Source: Candidatus Woesearchaeota archaeon
Lineage (GTDB): Archaea > Nanobdellota > Nanobdellia > Woesearchaeales > GW2011-AR9
Direction of reading: 5' to 3'
DNA length: 64,000 nucleotides
Assembly: GCA_018676855.1 (NCBI GenBank)
Contig: JABHDY010000003.1
Coordinates: 316,359-380,358 of the forward strand
This document shows, one piece after another, positions 29,201-39,881 of this stretch. Each line of letters begins with the position of its first letter. Position 1 is the first letter of the stretch. The position numbers were made by a program, and so were the translations under genes. Below the pieces are notes generated by a model. It saw only the letters and a list, made by a program, of their open reading frames with translations. It was not told where the DNA came from and searched no databases.

Positions 29201-30589
29201 TTATTCCATAAATTTACGCATTGCAGGATGCATGTCCATCATATGTTGCTTTGCAATTTCTTCGTATAACTTATAGACAATCATAACTGCTAACAAAATA
29301 CCCGTTCCATTTGACAATGCTCCAGTAAGATCAGCAACTGCTGCAAGTAATCCGACAGCTGCACCACCAACAATTGTTAATGGCCAAATGTATCTTTTAA
29401 GGATCTTTTCTAATACTCTTTCATCTCGTCGGAAACCAGGTATTTGTAATCCAGATGACATAATTTGTTTTGCTTGACTTGCTGCATCCATACCTGCAGT
29501 TTGCATCCAAAAGATACTAAAAATGACGGAACCAATAATAAATACTAAAATGTATGTTAATGCTTGAAGAACCATATTAAACGAAAAACTTCCCTGAATA
29601 ATACTTTGAACAATATTTGGTGAAGATACCCAGTACACAATTCCACTAATAGGAGTATTACCTGAAAAAGTTCCCAGAAGTGGTAAACCCCAATTTTCTA
29701 ATAATCGTGCAAATAGTTGAATATTCGCCATTAACGCTGCGATAAGAATAACGGGAATGTTAGACGTATAAAAGAAATTTAATGGCCATCGCATACCGTA
29801 CCCACGAACCTTCCCAAACGATAATGGAATCTCAACTTTCATTGCCTGACCAAATACACAAATGGCAAACACTAATACGGTTGAAGTTATTGCAGCAATT
29901 TGTAAAGCTGCCGTTGTGACGTCGCCAATGGCAAGTGATTGAAACAATGCGGGAATTGCTCCTGCGGCAATCTCTGGATTGGTAGGAGATGGAAGAAAAT
30001 TAAACGTTCGAATAAATATTTGTTGTGCAACTCCTGCCGCAATGAAAAGACTAATACCTGAACCGAAGCCCCATTTTGAAACAACTTCATCCATGAACAT
30101 AATAACAAGACCACCCAAGATAAGCTGAAATATAAGTAAGATTTGTAACTGACCATATAACGGCGTTCCTGTAAGTGCAGCTGAAGGTGCTAAACCACCC
30201 ATAAGAACATAAATACCACCTTCTAAGACGATAAAAAAGATAGATAAGAGTTTCTGTAATCCTTGAAATCGCTGACGACCTTCAGTCGTCGTTGTATCCA
30301 TATTAAGAATGCCCGTTCCTGATAAAAGTTGTAGTACAATGGATGATGTAACAATAGGTCCAATACCTAAAGATATAATGCTACCAAACGATGCACCAAG
30401 AATAATGGAAAGGAATTCAAATTGTTGTAACGCATTTTCTCCTAACCCAAATAGGGGAATAAGACCCATTACAAAGAATAGTACAAGAATAATTAATGTC
30501 CATTTAAGTTTTTCTTTAAACGGAAGTCTTTTCTGCTGAGGACCTTTAACCTCTGGCAGGTACGTTATAAACTTATCAAGTAACCCCAT
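29201..30589 (-). CDS. secY: Preprotein translocase subunit SecY
   Basis: 10-TM SecY family features, conserved position after uL15. Confidence 0.9.
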   Translation of the reverse strand: MGLLDKFITYLPEVKGPQQKRLPFKEKLKWTLIILVLFFVMGLIPLFGLGENALQQFEFLSIILGASFGSIISLGIGPIVTSSIVLQLLSGTGILNMDTTTTEGRQRFQGLQKLLSIFFIVLEGGIYVLMGGLAPSAALTGTPLYGQLQILLIFQLILGGLVIMFMDEVVSKWGFGSGISLFIAAGVAQQIFIRTFNFLPSPTNPEIAAGAIPALFQSLAIGDVTTAALQIAAITSTVLVFAICVFGQAMKVEIPLSFGKVRGYGMRWPLNFFYTSNIPVILIAALMANIQLFARLLENWGLPLLGTFSGNTPISGIVYWVSSPNIVQSIIQGSFSFNMVLQALTYILVFIIGSVIFSIFWMQTAGMDAASQAKQIMSSGLQIPGFRRDERVLEKILKRYIWPLTIVGGAAVGLLAAVADLTGALSNGTGILLAVMIVYKLYEEIAKQHMMDMHPAMRKFME

Positions 30590-30600
30590 TTTGTATGTTT

Positions 30601-31146
30601 TTATTCGGATTCAGATGTTGGATCTGATTCAGATGAAGCAGCAGGTTTAGATGAAGTCGTCTCAGACTTTCCAGATTTTCCAGACTTTGCGGATTTTCCA
30701 GGTTTCTGTAACGATTCAACACGTCCACCAGCAGCTTTAATTTTTTCTTCAGCGCGAGAACTGTACTGTGAAACACTAAGGTTTAACTTTACCGTTGGAT
30801 TTCCCGCACCTAACAATTTTGTATATCCTAATAATGATAAATCAATTGAATATGAATCGCCGTCTTTAACAGCTTTGCCTTTTGCAACAAGTTTTTCTAC
30901 AGTTTGAAGAGTAAAGTGTCCTACGTTAACCGGAACAACGGGAGCAACATCACGTCGCGGTCTGAAACCTCGCTTACCAGTAATCACAAATATACCACCT
31001 GCTTTCTTTTGCCCTGCACGTTTACCTGAACCTGCTCGGCCTCTACCACCACGACTACCTGCACCACGCCTTTTCTTACGATGTCCACCGCCATGCGTAG
31101 TATGAGCACGGTACTTGACAACTTTTTTTCGTTTTGTGATAACCAT
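30601..31146 (-). CDS. rpl15: 50S ribosomal protein uL15 with KSGKSGKS acidic tail
   Basis: Gly/Arg-rich N-terminus typical of uL15. Confidence 0.85.
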   Translation of the reverse strand: MVITKRKKVVKYRAHTTHGGGHRKKRRGAGSRGGRGRAGSGKRAGQKKAGGIFVITGKRGFRPRRDVAPVVPVNVGHFTLQTVEKLVAKGKAVKDGDSYSIDLSLLGYTKLLGAGNPTVKLNLSVSQYSSRAEEKIKAAGGRVESLQKPGKSAKSGKSGKSETTSSKPAASSESDPTSESE

Positions 31147-31168
31147 AGTAGTATAACCTAATTTGTCA

Positions 31169-31639
31169 TTATAACATTCGTTTAATTAAATCGTTAATTT
31201 TTTCTTTTCTATCGCCCAGAGCGCCACCAACTTTGAACGCCACTTTGATACCTTTTCGTCCAAATCCTTTCTGTGGAGGGTTCAGTCTGAAATATGGTTT
31301 ATACTTTTTACCATCAACATCAAATGTTTTATAAGAATATTTTTGTTTTGAATCTGTTGTTCGACCCCTATATTCATGACCACGTTTCTCGACAAGATCC
31401 TTGAATGTTGTATCGTCCAATGTACCCCATGTGACATAATCTTTTACTTTTATGAGCATACCTTTATTTTCTGGAGTATCATTAATAATAACACAATTAT
31501 TTTTTCGAAGTAAGCGAAGCATAGCTAACGTGTTCTTAACATCCGCAGAGACATTAACTAAACCACGAACTAATATTACAGCAATTCTTGTACCTGTAAC
31601 TTTTTTGTCCTGTTTTGTAGGTGTAGGTTGTTCACTCAT
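31169..31639 (-). CDS. rpl30: 50S ribosomal protein uL30
   Basis: Family-level match and operon position. Confidence 0.85.
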   Translation of the reverse strand: MSEQPTPTKQDKKVTGTRIAVILVRGLVNVSADVKNTLAMLRLLRKNNCVIINDTPENKGMLIKVKDYVTWGTLDDTTFKDLVEKRGHEYRGRTTDSKQKYSYKTFDVDGKKYKPYFRLNPPQKGFGRKGIKVAFKVGGALGDRKEKINDLIKRML

Positions 31640-32592
31640 TTCTTTTCTTCTCCCGATTTTGATAATGATTCTTTTTGTTTTTCAGTAGATTCAACTGGTT
31701 CAACAGGTTTTGTTGATTCATCAGATGATTCTGTAACAGATGATTCTGTAACAGAGGGTTCTGTAACAGATGGTTCAACGGATTCAACGGATTCAACGGG
31801 CTCTACTATTTCAACTGGTTCAATAACGTCAGCAGCTTTAATTTTTCCTTCAACAACGCCCAGTTTTGAAACGTCACCTGGTTGAATTTTAACTTCAGAC
31901 AATTTTCTTAAAGCGTCAAGAAGTGCTTTTATTAAATTAAGTTTTGTTTTTGTTTGACCTTTAGTTTTACTCCAAATGTCAGTTATTCCTGCCATTTCAA
32001 GAATCTTTGCACATTCCTTTTCAATACATAATCCCTTTCCTTTAGGAGCAGGCATAAGTGTTATTCTAACAGATCCACATTTTCCTTCGACAGCGAACGG
32101 AATTGAATTTGCGTCACGTGTATCAGTTTCCCAACTTCCACATCCTCGCCGTATACGCATAAGATTTAATCGTGCTTTTCGTTTTGCTTTATCACGTGCA
32201 GGAACGGTTTCTTTACTTTTTCCCGTTGCAACGCCAACAAACCCGTTTTTGTTACCGACAACTGCACATGTCATGAAATGAATTTTGTTTCCTTCACACG
32301 TCTTTTTTTGTGTCTGACGAAAAATACGTCTCTGGCCACCGCCAAACTTACCCTTAGCTTGACCAATAAGAAGTAAATCTTCTTCTAAGCCAGGCATTAA
32401 ACGATTTACAATTTCTGGTTCAAGGATTGGAAGTCCCCTATCAAATATTTCGTTAATATCAGTAATTTCTTCACTCTTTACCATTTTTCCAAGAACAGTT
32501 GTTGGATTCCACTCTACTTCTGGTACTGGAACGTCATCTCGAGGAGTTCTCCGCTGTTGTCTTTTATCGTAAGGTTTTCTTTTGTCTACCAT
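31636..32592 (-). CDS. rps5: 30S ribosomal protein uS5 with repetitive acidic C-terminal extension
   Basis: uS5 dsRBD and C-terminal domains in residues 1-235; tail EPVEIVEPVESVESVEPSVTEPSVTESSVTESS. Confidence 0.85.
   Translation of the reverse strand: MVDKRKPYDKRQQRRTPRDDVPVPEVEWNPTTVLGKMVKSEEITDINEIFDRGLPILEPEIVNRLMPGLEEDLLLIGQAKGKFGGGQRRIFRQTQKKTCEGNKIHFMTCAVVGNKNGFVGVATGKSKETVPARDKAKRKARLNLMRIRRGCGSWETDTRDANSIPFAVEGKCGSVRITLMPAPKGKGLCIEKECAKILEMAGITDIWSKTKGQTKTKLNLIKALLDALRKLSEVKIQPGDVSKLGVVEGKIKAADVIEPVEIVEPVESVESVEPSVTEPSVTESSVTESSDESTKPVEPVESTEKQKESLSKSGEEKK
31690..31810. repeat. Short in-frame tandem nucleotide repeats (gatgattctgtaaca x3, ttcaacgga x3) inside the uS5 tail
   Basis: Direct repeats visible in sequence 31722-31800. 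Confidence 0.5.
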
Positions 32593-33179
32593 TATTGTGC
32601 CTTTGAAATTAATTTTTGTTTTATTTTTTCAAATTCTGCCGTAATATTCTCAGGCAGAACCTTGTTTTTTAAATATTGCGTAAATTGGAATGAAGAACCT
32701 TCCTTTTCTGCAACAACTTTGCCATAATTTTGAATGTGCGCACCTGAAAGTCTTGCATCATCAGGGAAAATAGAATCATCGCCGTGAGGAACATTAAGTC
32801 CCGCATCACATAATCCTTTCAAGAATGCGTATGCTTTTCCTCGCCGATGTGGTGTTTTAAATCCAGTATCAAAAACAGCGTCTGTGATTTTGTGTTCAAG
32901 AGCAGATTTTCCTAAAGATAATCCCGTTAAATATGCTGCAGGAATGTTCTTGTAAGAATATTTCCACCCATGTTTTGCAAGGAATGTTGAATCGACACCT
33001 ACTAAGACTTTATCTCCTTTAGGTTCAAAACTTACAATTTGTCCAATAATTTTGTTGTTTGTACTACGGAATACAACACGAGGTTTTTGTGAAAGTAATA
33101 ATGTACGTCGTTTTTTGTAATCGGTCTTCCGTTCTCTTCGACGCCGGTACAATACTGATTTAGGTTTATTTCTTGCCAT
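32592..33179 (-). CDS. rpl18: 50S ribosomal protein uL18
   Basis: Family-level match and operon position. Confidence 0.85.
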   Translation of the reverse strand: MARNKPKSVLYRRRRERKTDYKKRRTLLLSQKPRVVFRSTNNKIIGQIVSFEPKGDKVLVGVDSTFLAKHGWKYSYKNIPAAYLTGLSLGKSALEHKITDAVFDTGFKTPHRRGKAYAFLKGLCDAGLNVPHGDDSIFPDDARLSGAHIQNYGKVVAEKEGSSFQFTQYLKNKVLPENITAEFEKIKQKLISKAQ

Positions 33180-33185
33180 TGTAAT

Positions 33186-33632
33186 CTACTTTTTCTCCCA
33201 TAAATTATGTTCTGTGACGTACAATTTAATGTGACGTCTGTTTCTAAAATATCCACCCTTACTTTTTGCATACAGGGACCTATAATTGGTAGGTGTTAAT
33301 AACTTTCTTTCACGTAAATCTTTAAGGAAAACACGTTGAGCACGAACTTTTTTCATCCATAACTCTTTCTTACTTACTGTTGAATACTTACTTCCCTTTC
33401 TGCTTCCTTTTCCTTTCTGTCGACCTTTCTTTTTCTGAGCAGCTATTTTACGTGCTCCTGATCGTGATTGAAGATTTTTTGTACTTTTAACAACTTTTTT
33501 AGTTGCAATAAATCCGCGAATGTCTGAACGTGTAATTGCTTTTTTAATATCTTCAAGAGCGTCAGCTACAAAACGTACCTTACTTGGAGATACTTTCAAA
33601 ATCTTTGCCGCCATTCGTTTTTTTGATTTCAT
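33186..33632 (-). CDS. rpl19e: 50S ribosomal protein L19e
   Basis: Family-level match and operon position. Confidence 0.85.
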   Translation of the reverse strand: MKSKKRMAAKILKVSPSKVRFVADALEDIKKAITRSDIRGFIATKKVVKSTKNLQSRSGARKIAAQKKKGRQKGKGSRKGSKYSTVSKKELWMKKVRAQRVFLKDLRERKLLTPTNYRSLYAKSKGGYFRNRRHIKLYVTEHNLWEKK

Positions 33633-33659
33633 TTTATATGTGTATGATAATATTGTTTA

Positions 33660-34283
33660 TTATTGTCTTTTCGTTATTGTCTTTTCAGCATTTTTCTTAT
33701 CTTCTGTATCTTTAATAGTATCTTCGACGGAACTAGCTTCACTTTCTTTATCGCTTTCTTTACTTTCTTTTTCTTTTTCTTTTTGCGCTTTTTCTTCAGC
33801 TTTTTTCTTCCGTGCTTCTTCTTTTTTACTTTTTACTGTTAGTTTTACTTCTTTTAATTTTTTTCGTTCTGTAATTTTTTTTGTAATGTCCTCAACATAT
33901 GCTGAAGGATCTTTCATGTTTAGTAACGTAATGTTTTTTTCTTGAGCCAATTTGATTAATGCAACTTTTTTCTTTTGACCCGTAACGGATCGAATAACGG
34001 CACCTTCAGTTTTTGGATCAATAGTATTCATGTCACGAATTCCTGATACAATAATTGGTTTCAGACCAGATGAATGAAGACCACGAACAGATGCGGGCGA
34101 GCCATATCCTGGCTGAGGAAGAGCTGGCCGTCCTTTTTCATGCTGACGTACCGCTGAGTGTTTACCTCGTGGGAAACGCCATCGTTTTTTTACGCCAGAC
34201 GTAAACTTAGATTCTTTAACAACAAAGTTAGGTTTCCGTTTCTTTGCGCTTTTCCGTAATTGTAATGCTTTTTCGTTTACCAT
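33660..34283 (-). CDS. rpl32e: 50S ribosomal protein L32e with K/E-rich extension
   Basis: Family-level match and operon position. Confidence 0.85.
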   Translation of the reverse strand: MVNEKALQLRKSAKKRKPNFVVKESKFTSGVKKRWRFPRGKHSAVRQHEKGRPALPQPGYGSPASVRGLHSSGLKPIIVSGIRDMNTIDPKTEGAVIRSVTGQKKKVALIKLAQEKNITLLNMKDPSAYVEDITKKITERKKLKEVKLTVKSKKEEARKKKAEEKAQKEKEKESKESDKESEASSVEDTIKDTEDKKNAEKTITKRQ

Positions 34284-34288
34284 TTTTA

Positions 34289-34834
34289 TTATACAATATC
34301 TTTTCCTGCTTTATGAATAATGTAACATCCATCTTGAAAAATTCGTCGATCCCTATTGGTTATTCGACACATAGTTTCAATGCTTCCTGCTGTTTGACCA
34401 GCAACTTCTTTATCGACGCTCGTCACAACAATTTCGCTACCATCAATTTTAACATTTGCTTCTTTGTTGAATGTGATTTTTCGTGGAACTGCTTCGCCCA
34501 AAAAGTTTTTAATGATAAAGTCATTACCTGAAACTGAAACGTTCATAGGAAAATGACCTGAACAAATTTTGAGTTTGTATATGAACGGTTCCTGGACACC
34601 TTTCACCATGTTTTGAATATGAATTCTGAATGAACTGATAATTTTTTTCTCACGTTTTGTTGATTTAGGTGATTGTAATGTTATCTTTCCTGAATCTACA
34701 GATAATGCAATTTTAGGGTGATTGAAAACACGTTGAACGGAACCTTTTGGTCCTTGTATTGTTAAGAGACCAGTATCTAACACTGCTGTAACCCCTGCGT
34801 CAAGTACAACTTCCTGTGTAATGTCTTCTTTCAT
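34289..34834 (-). CDS. rpl6: 50S ribosomal protein uL6
   Basis: Family-level match and operon position. Confidence 0.85.
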   Translation of the reverse strand: MKEDITQEVVLDAGVTAVLDTGLLTIQGPKGSVQRVFNHPKIALSVDSGKITLQSPKSTKREKKIISSFRIHIQNMVKGVQEPFIYKLKICSGHFPMNVSVSGNDFIIKNFLGEAVPRKITFNKEANVKIDGSEIVVTSVDKEVAGQTAGSIETMCRITNRDRRIFQDGCYIIHKAGKDIV

Positions 34835-34838
34835 ATTC

Positions 34839-35228
34839 TTAATAACAGTATACTAACAGTTTTCCTCCCGTGTTCTTATCTTTTGCTTCTGTATGAGTCA
34901 TAATACCATTTGGAGTTGAAATTAAAATCAAACCGAAATCTTTTGCAGGAAGGTATCGCTTTTCCCACTTTTCAAATTCACTTTTCTTTACTGAAAATCG
35001 TGGTTTGATAACGCCACACTTGTTAATGTTTCCAAGTAAATTAACTTTAAGGACACCATTTAATCCCTCAGGAAGTTCTTCAAAAGTTCCAAGATAATTA
35101 TTTTCGTTCATAATACGAAGTACTGCTTTTATCATTTTTGAGGTAGGTCTAATGACTACTTCACGCTTACCAACACGTTCTGCGTTGATTATTTTCGTCA
35201 GGGCCGCTGCAAGTGGATCGTTTAACAT
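34839..35228 (-). CDS. rps8: 30S ribosomal protein uS8
   Basis: Family-level match and operon position. Confidence 0.85.
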   Translation of the reverse strand: MLNDPLAAALTKIINAERVGKREVVIRPTSKMIKAVLRIMNENNYLGTFEELPEGLNGVLKVNLLGNINKCGVIKPRFSVKKSEFEKWEKRYLPAKDFGLILISTPNGIMTHTEAKDKNTGGKLLVYCY

Positions 35229-35252
35229 TTTGTATTCACCATTAAATTATCA

Positions 35253-35483
35253 TTAATTATATTTTTTGAAGCCGAGCTCCGTTGCCATTTCTCTGAAACA
35301 TTGCCTGCATAAGTGGAGACCATATTTGTTAATATGTCCACGCATTCTGCCACAATTTTTACATTTTCGTAACGCAATGCCGCATGATCGTTCTTTTGGA
35401 GCATTAAATCTGAGGTACTTTATTTTCTTGATAGGTTTCGCATTAAGTTGCGTAAACATTTTTGTATGATTGCTCGTTGTCAT
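35253..35483 (-). CDS. rps14: 30S ribosomal protein uS14 (zinc-binding type); true start may be an internal Met
   Basis: [25 protein letters not shown] zinc-ribbon motif. Confidence 0.75.
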   Translation of the reverse strand: MTTSNHTKMFTQLNAKPIKKIKYLRFNAPKERSCGIALRKCKNCGRMRGHINKYGLHLCRQCFREMATELGFKKYN

Positions 35484-35484
35484 T

Positions 35485-36015
35485 TTACTCAGTAACCTCC
35501 ACTCCTAAACTACGGACAAAATTGATTGCATCATTTTTTGTAAGACTATGATATTTTCCAACTTTTGATGTTTGTAATCGTCTTTGCTTAACTCTATACC
35601 CTGGTCTTTGTAATGTAACAGCAACTTCAAGTCCCATTATTTTCAAATCAGGATCATATTCAAGACCTTGGATATCAATATATTCAGGAATGCCAAACGA
35701 AAAGTTTCCATGTACATCAAAGTTTTTTTCTAACAATGTATTCATTTTTGCCACTAATAACCTTTTAAGGAGTTCCTCAGTACCCTTTCGTATGGTAACT
35801 TTACATCCGATAGCTAAACCTGGCCGTAAACCCCATCCGGGAATTCGTCTTCGAGTTACTGTCTTCACAGGTGATAATGGTGATAATTTTTTTAATAATA
35901 AAAGTCCTTTCTTTAGCATAGACTCATCTTTTCCAACGCCAATGTTAAGAGTCATTTTTTCAATATGAACACGTTTCATTGGGTTCTGTACAGTTTGTTT
36001 AGTTTCGTCAGTCAT
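35485..36015 (-). CDS. rpl5: 50S ribosomal protein uL5
   Basis: Family-level match and operon position. Confidence 0.85.
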   Translation of the reverse strand: MTDETKQTVQNPMKRVHIEKMTLNIGVGKDESMLKKGLLLLKKLSPLSPVKTVTRRRIPGWGLRPGLAIGCKVTIRKGTEELLKRLLVAKMNTLLEKNFDVHGNFSFGIPEYIDIQGLEYDPDLKIMGLEVAVTLQRPGYRVKQRRLQTSKVGKYHSLTKNDAINFVRSLGVEVTE

Positions 36016-36045
36016 TTTTGATGTAATATTATTATTGTAAATTCA

Positions 36046-36738
36046 TTATTCTTTTCTGAGAGTTATCTGTGTTTTTCCTTTTAACCCAACAACAAAAAGG
36101 TATCCTTTTGCCGTTTCAACGTCAACATTATCTTTGGTGTACAATGCATTATTATCTTTAAATTCTTTAAGGACGCCAACGTCTCCTGAATGTTTACCTT
36201 GAATAAGGAAAATTGTTGCGCCCGGATTAAGACTTAATACACTTTCAACTTCTTTTGTGGGAAGGGTAACAACAAAACTATCGCCAACACGAGCATCTTT
36301 ATCACTTATGATGTTCTTTCCATCATGTAAATTGAACTGTATTTTACCTTTCTTCAATATTGTTTTACCAACAATTTTACATATTTTATGTGTACTCTCT
36401 TTAGCGTCAATTTCAATCAATTCTAATCGACCTTTTATATCTAATACTATCCTATATTGTTTTTCTATGTCTGGAAGTGAAATAACGTCAAACAAACCAA
36501 CAATACGGCGATGATCTTTTACTCGTGAACCGTCAACAAGGACATTTTTTGAATTTAATATTTTTTTTGCTTCACTCATTGTTGATGCGACATGTAACAT
36601 ATCTCGTAAAATAACGCCTAATGAAATACCATGTTCAAATGAATGTGCTCCTGGTTTAGGTCGTGTTATGAACGTATTACTCTTTCTATTGATAAGCCAT
36701 GTACGTGGCGATGCAATTCTTTTCAAATGATTTTTCAT
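36046..36738 (-). CDS. rps4e: 30S ribosomal protein S4e
   Basis: Family-level match and operon position. Confidence 0.85.
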   Translation of the reverse strand: MKNHLKRIASPRTWLINRKSNTFITRPKPGAHSFEHGISLGVILRDMLHVASTMSEAKKILNSKNVLVDGSRVKDHRRIVGLFDVISLPDIEKQYRIVLDIKGRLELIEIDAKESTHKICKIVGKTILKKGKIQFNLHDGKNIISDKDARVGDSFVVTLPTKEVESVLSLNPGATIFLIQGKHSGDVGVLKEFKDNNALYTKDNVDVETAKGYLFVVGLKGKTQITLRKE

Positions 36739-37229
36739 TGTGTTTCTCCCTGTGATTTTGTATCTTGTGTAGGCGCACTTTGTTTTGGTACGTCTTGTGC
36801 TTGTGGAACATTTTTAGGTGTTGTTTTTGGTGAAGATTGAGCAGTGGCATTATTTTCAAGCTTCTGCTTTCTCTTCTTATCGCCCAAATCAACAGCAATA
36901 ATCATAATATTTGATGGTGTGAATGCAACAGGAATTTTTGTACCGTCCTTTTTAATAAATTCAACTCCCGTAATGAAAAGTTTTCCCTGTTTAAGGTTAA
37001 CCCTTTCAACCTTTCCTTCTTTCTTTTTGTACTGGCCACGTAATATCTTAACTTTATCACCTTTCTTTACTTGTACTCTACGTGTTCCATACTTTTTCTT
37101 TAATTCGGATGAAAGGTGAACATGAACCATTGTTTGTTTTGTATGAAGTGGCGCATTATATACATATTTACGCTGCTTTCGCGGTTGCGTGCTACTTTTC
37201 CATCCTGTTGAAAATGTGTTTTTTACCAT
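36735..37229 (-). CDS. rpl24: 50S ribosomal protein uL24 with low-complexity C-terminal extension
   Basis: KOW motif GDKVKILRGQYKKKEGKV. Confidence 0.85.
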   Translation of the reverse strand: MVKNTFSTGWKSSTQPRKQRKYVYNAPLHTKQTMVHVHLSSELKKKYGTRRVQVKKGDKVKILRGQYKKKEGKVERVNLKQGKLFITGVEFIKKDGTKIPVAFTPSNIMIIAVDLGDKKRKQKLENNATAQSSPKTTPKNVPQAQDVPKQSAPTQDTKSQGETQ

Positions 37230-37267
37230 TTTTATACGTGTAATTTGTGTGTATTTGAATATCTTTT

Positions 37268-37669
37268 TTAGACAACAATATTTGCTACTTTAGCAACTGC
37301 AGGCCATCGTTCAGCAACTTCTTTTGCTATTGGCCCTTTGAATATTGTCCCCTTTGGATTTCCTTTCATATCTTTTAATACGACTGCAGCATTATCTTCA
37401 AACTTAACTCGCGTACCGTCTGGCCGTCTGAATTCTTTTTTCTGACGCACAATAATGGCTGGGACTACAGTTTTTCTCATCTCAAGCTTACCCTTCTTAA
37501 CTGATGCAAGTACTAAATCGCCAACTCCCGCTGCAGGAATTCTTCCCTTAACTGTCTTGTGACCTTTTACAGAAACAATTTTAAGCATTTTTGCTCCTGA
37601 ATTGTCACATGTTGGTACAAATGCTTGCACTGGCAAAGCACGGGTAATACTACTCTTGATTGGTTTCAT
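37268..37669 (-). CDS. rpl14: 50S ribosomal protein uL14
   Basis: Family-level match and operon position. Confidence 0.9.
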   Translation of the reverse strand: MKPIKSSITRALPVQAFVPTCDNSGAKMLKIVSVKGHKTVKGRIPAAGVGDLVLASVKKGKLEMRKTVVPAIIVRQKKEFRRPDGTRVKFEDNAAVVLKDMKGNPKGTIFKGPIAKEVAERWPAVAKVANIVV

Positions 37670-38150
37670 TGTTGTTAATTATTTCTTCAGGTTTATCTTC
37701 ATTAGTTTCTTCCTGAGAAACTTGTTCCTCGCTCTGAAGTGTTGTTTCCTTTTTTGGTTTACTTTTAGTTTTTGTAGTTTCTTTTGACTTTTTGTCAGAA
37801 ACTTGAGCAACATTCGTAATACTTTCAGACGATTCTAAAATCTGAATAATAACATGATTTTTTGTTTTACTGATAGGTCGTGTTCGTGCAACTAATACTG
37901 TCTGACCAATTTCAACTTCAAGACATGGTGGATTATGAACTCTCATTCGTGATCGTCGCACTTCAAACCGTTCATATTTTGGAACAGAATGTGATCGAAG
38001 CCATTCAATGGTCGCAGATCTATTCATGTCCTTCTTGACAACTTTTCCTTTAAACAACTCGTCTTTAACTGCAAGTTGTCCGTGGAAAGGACAGTTTTTA
38101 TCAGTACATTCCTTCTTTGGTGCGTTTATGTGTAAAACTTTTTGTTTCAT
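37650..38150 (-). CDS. rps17: 30S ribosomal protein uS17 with acidic C-terminal extension
   Basis: Family-level match and operon position. Confidence 0.8.
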   Translation of the reverse strand: MKQKVLHINAPKKECTDKNCPFHGQLAVKDELFKGKVVKKDMNRSATIEWLRSHSVPKYERFEVRRSRMRVHNPPCLEVEIGQTVLVARTRPISKTKNHVIIQILESSESITNVAQVSDKKSKETTKTKSKPKKETTLQSEEQVSQEETNEDKPEEIINNNETNQE

Positions 38151-38159
38151 TTTGTATTT

Positions 38160-38438
38160 TTACCCTTTTAACCTGTCTTCAGGTCGTTTTGATACGTCTC
38201 TCCCAGTAATTTCCTTACCAGTTTCAGTGAGAGCGATGGTAACATTATTTTTGAGTATGGTTTTCATTCCTTTATCAGTTTCTATGACAAAGGTATTCTT
38301 TGTTTCATCAACAAGCGTTCCAGTTATTCCCAGGTTTGCACTGTTTAATGAAGCAACAACCCGTACATTCTTCCCGATAAGTTCGTGTGGATATGTCGTA
38401 GTTCGTGCCATCTCATGTTCCTCCATCAAAATCATCAT
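38160..38438 (-). CDS. rnp1: RNase P protein component 1 (Rpp29/Pop4)
   Basis: LIGKNVRVVASLNSANLGITGTLVDETKNTFVIET motif; conserved position between SUI1 and uS17. Confidence 0.75.
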   Translation of the reverse strand: MMILMEEHEMARTTTYPHELIGKNVRVVASLNSANLGITGTLVDETKNTFVIETDKGMKTILKNNVTIALTETGKEITGRDVSKRPEDRLKG

Positions 38439-38459
38439 TGGTTTTGATGGTGTTATCAG

Positions 38460-38765
38460 TTACTTGATTTCTATGGTTTCTTCAGGAAAACCAAGTTCAA
38501 CAAGAATTGCTTTAATTCTTGCTTTGTGATCGCCTTGAAGTTCAATTTTACCATCTTTCGCGGTACCGCCACATGCAAACTTTGACTTCAATTTTTTGAC
38601 AATTTCGCCAACGTTTGCTTCCTTCTTTATTCCGCGAATAACCGTATATTTCTTTCCGAACTTCCTTTTCTCGATCATGACAGTGATTTTTTGTTGTTCA
38701 CGCGCAATTGTTTCACAGACACAAAGGTCTTGCGGTAAACCACATTGATTACATACGCCAACCAT
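38460..38765 (-). CDS. sui1: Translation initiation factor SUI1 (aIF1)
   Basis: KLKSKFACGGTAKDGKIELQGDH motif. Confidence 0.85.
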   Translation of the reverse strand: MVGVCNQCGLPQDLCVCETIAREQQKITVMIEKRKFGKKYTVIRGIKKEANVGEIVKKLKSKFACGGTAKDGKIELQGDHKARIKAILVELGFPEETIEIK

Positions 38766-38769
38766 GGTG

Positions 38770-38970
38770 TTATGCTTTTGCCTCCTTTTCTTTCCGTAAC
38801 GTTAATATCCGGGCAATATTTTTTTTTGTTTGTTTTAACTTTCCAGGATTTGACGTTTGTGCTCCGGTTGATGCTTGAACATTTAGTTTAAGGAGTTCTT
38901 TTTTAAACTCTTGCAATCTGTTCTGTAATTCCTCTGCAGACAAATTCCGTAATTCTTTTGTAACTTTCAT
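38770..38970 (-). CDS. rpl29: 50S ribosomal protein uL29
   Basis: Family-level match and operon position. Confidence 0.8.
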   Translation of the reverse strand: MKVTKELRNLSAEELQNRLQEFKKELLKLNVQASTGAQTSNPGKLKQTKKNIARILTLRKEKEAKA

Positions 38971-39881
38971 TGTTGTGTTTTGTCAACTGCTTTTTCGTCG
39001 GTTGGCTTTTCAGTAGTTTCAGGAGTTTCATTAACTTCTTTTGGTTCTTCTGTTGAAGTAGGTTCTATAGCTGGTGCTTCTTCTTTCACTTCAATTTTAG
39101 CTTTTTCTTCTTCTTTTGGAACTTCTTTTTTCTCTTCAACAGGTTCAGCAACAGGAACTTCTTTTGATTCTTCCTTTTTAGGAGTTGCTTTCTTTGTTGA
39201 TTTTGTCGTTTTCCTTTTTGTTGTTTTCTTCTTTGCAGGTTTCTTTTCTGCCTTTTCAGGAAGTTCTTCAACAATTTGTATTGGTTCGTCAAGGATAACA
39301 ACATGATCAGGAAGGACAATGTCAGGTGGCATGATGGAAACTTTAATACCAATAACTCCACTCTTTAAAAGAGCTGTCCGTTTAGCTTTTTTTACGCCAC
39401 TTACCGCAACATCACCACATTTTTTAAGATAACCCTGATAAAATCGCCAATTCTTTGCACGTGCACCAGGAATCTTACCTGAAAAGATTAATTCAACACC
39501 TAACGCACCTGAATTAATAACATTTCCCATAACTTTATGGCCAACACCTTTAAATCGTGCAGAGCCAAAACGTTCAAGTGAACCTACGATACGTTCCGCA
39601 ACAACATTTGCGTCAAGGAAAAGATTTTTCACTTCAATAATTTCAATTTGTGGATTTTCAAGTTTAAATTCTATCTTCAAATGTTTTGTAAGATCTTTAA
39701 TATTTGCACCTTTTGAACCAACGATTAAACTTGGTCGGCTAGTATGAATGATGATTTTTTCTCCTAAAGGAATCTTTTTTAATCTTATTTGTGAAATACC
39801 TACGCCACGAAGTTTTTTTTCAATATACTTCTTAATGTAAAATTCCTTAGTTTTCTGTGATATGAATTCTCGCTCAATCAT
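38967..39881 (-). CDS. rps3: 30S ribosomal protein uS3 with long K/E/P-rich extension
   Basis: KH and uS3 C-terminal domains in the first ~210 aa; ~90-aa low-complexity tail. Confidence 0.85.
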   Translation of the reverse strand: MIEREFISQKTKEFYIKKYIEKKLRGVGISQIRLKKIPLGEKIIIHTSRPSLIVGSKGANIKDLTKHLKIEFKLENPQIEIIEVKNLFLDANVVAERIVGSLERFGSARFKGVGHKVMGNVINSGALGVELIFSGKIPGARAKNWRFYQGYLKKCGDVAVSGVKKAKRTALLKSGVIGIKVSIMPPDIVLPDHVVILDEPIQIVEELPEKAEKKPAKKKTTKRKTTKSTKKATPKKEESKEVPVAEPVEEKKEVPKEEEKAKIEVKEEAPAIEPTSTEEPKEVNETPETTEKPTDEKAVDKTQQ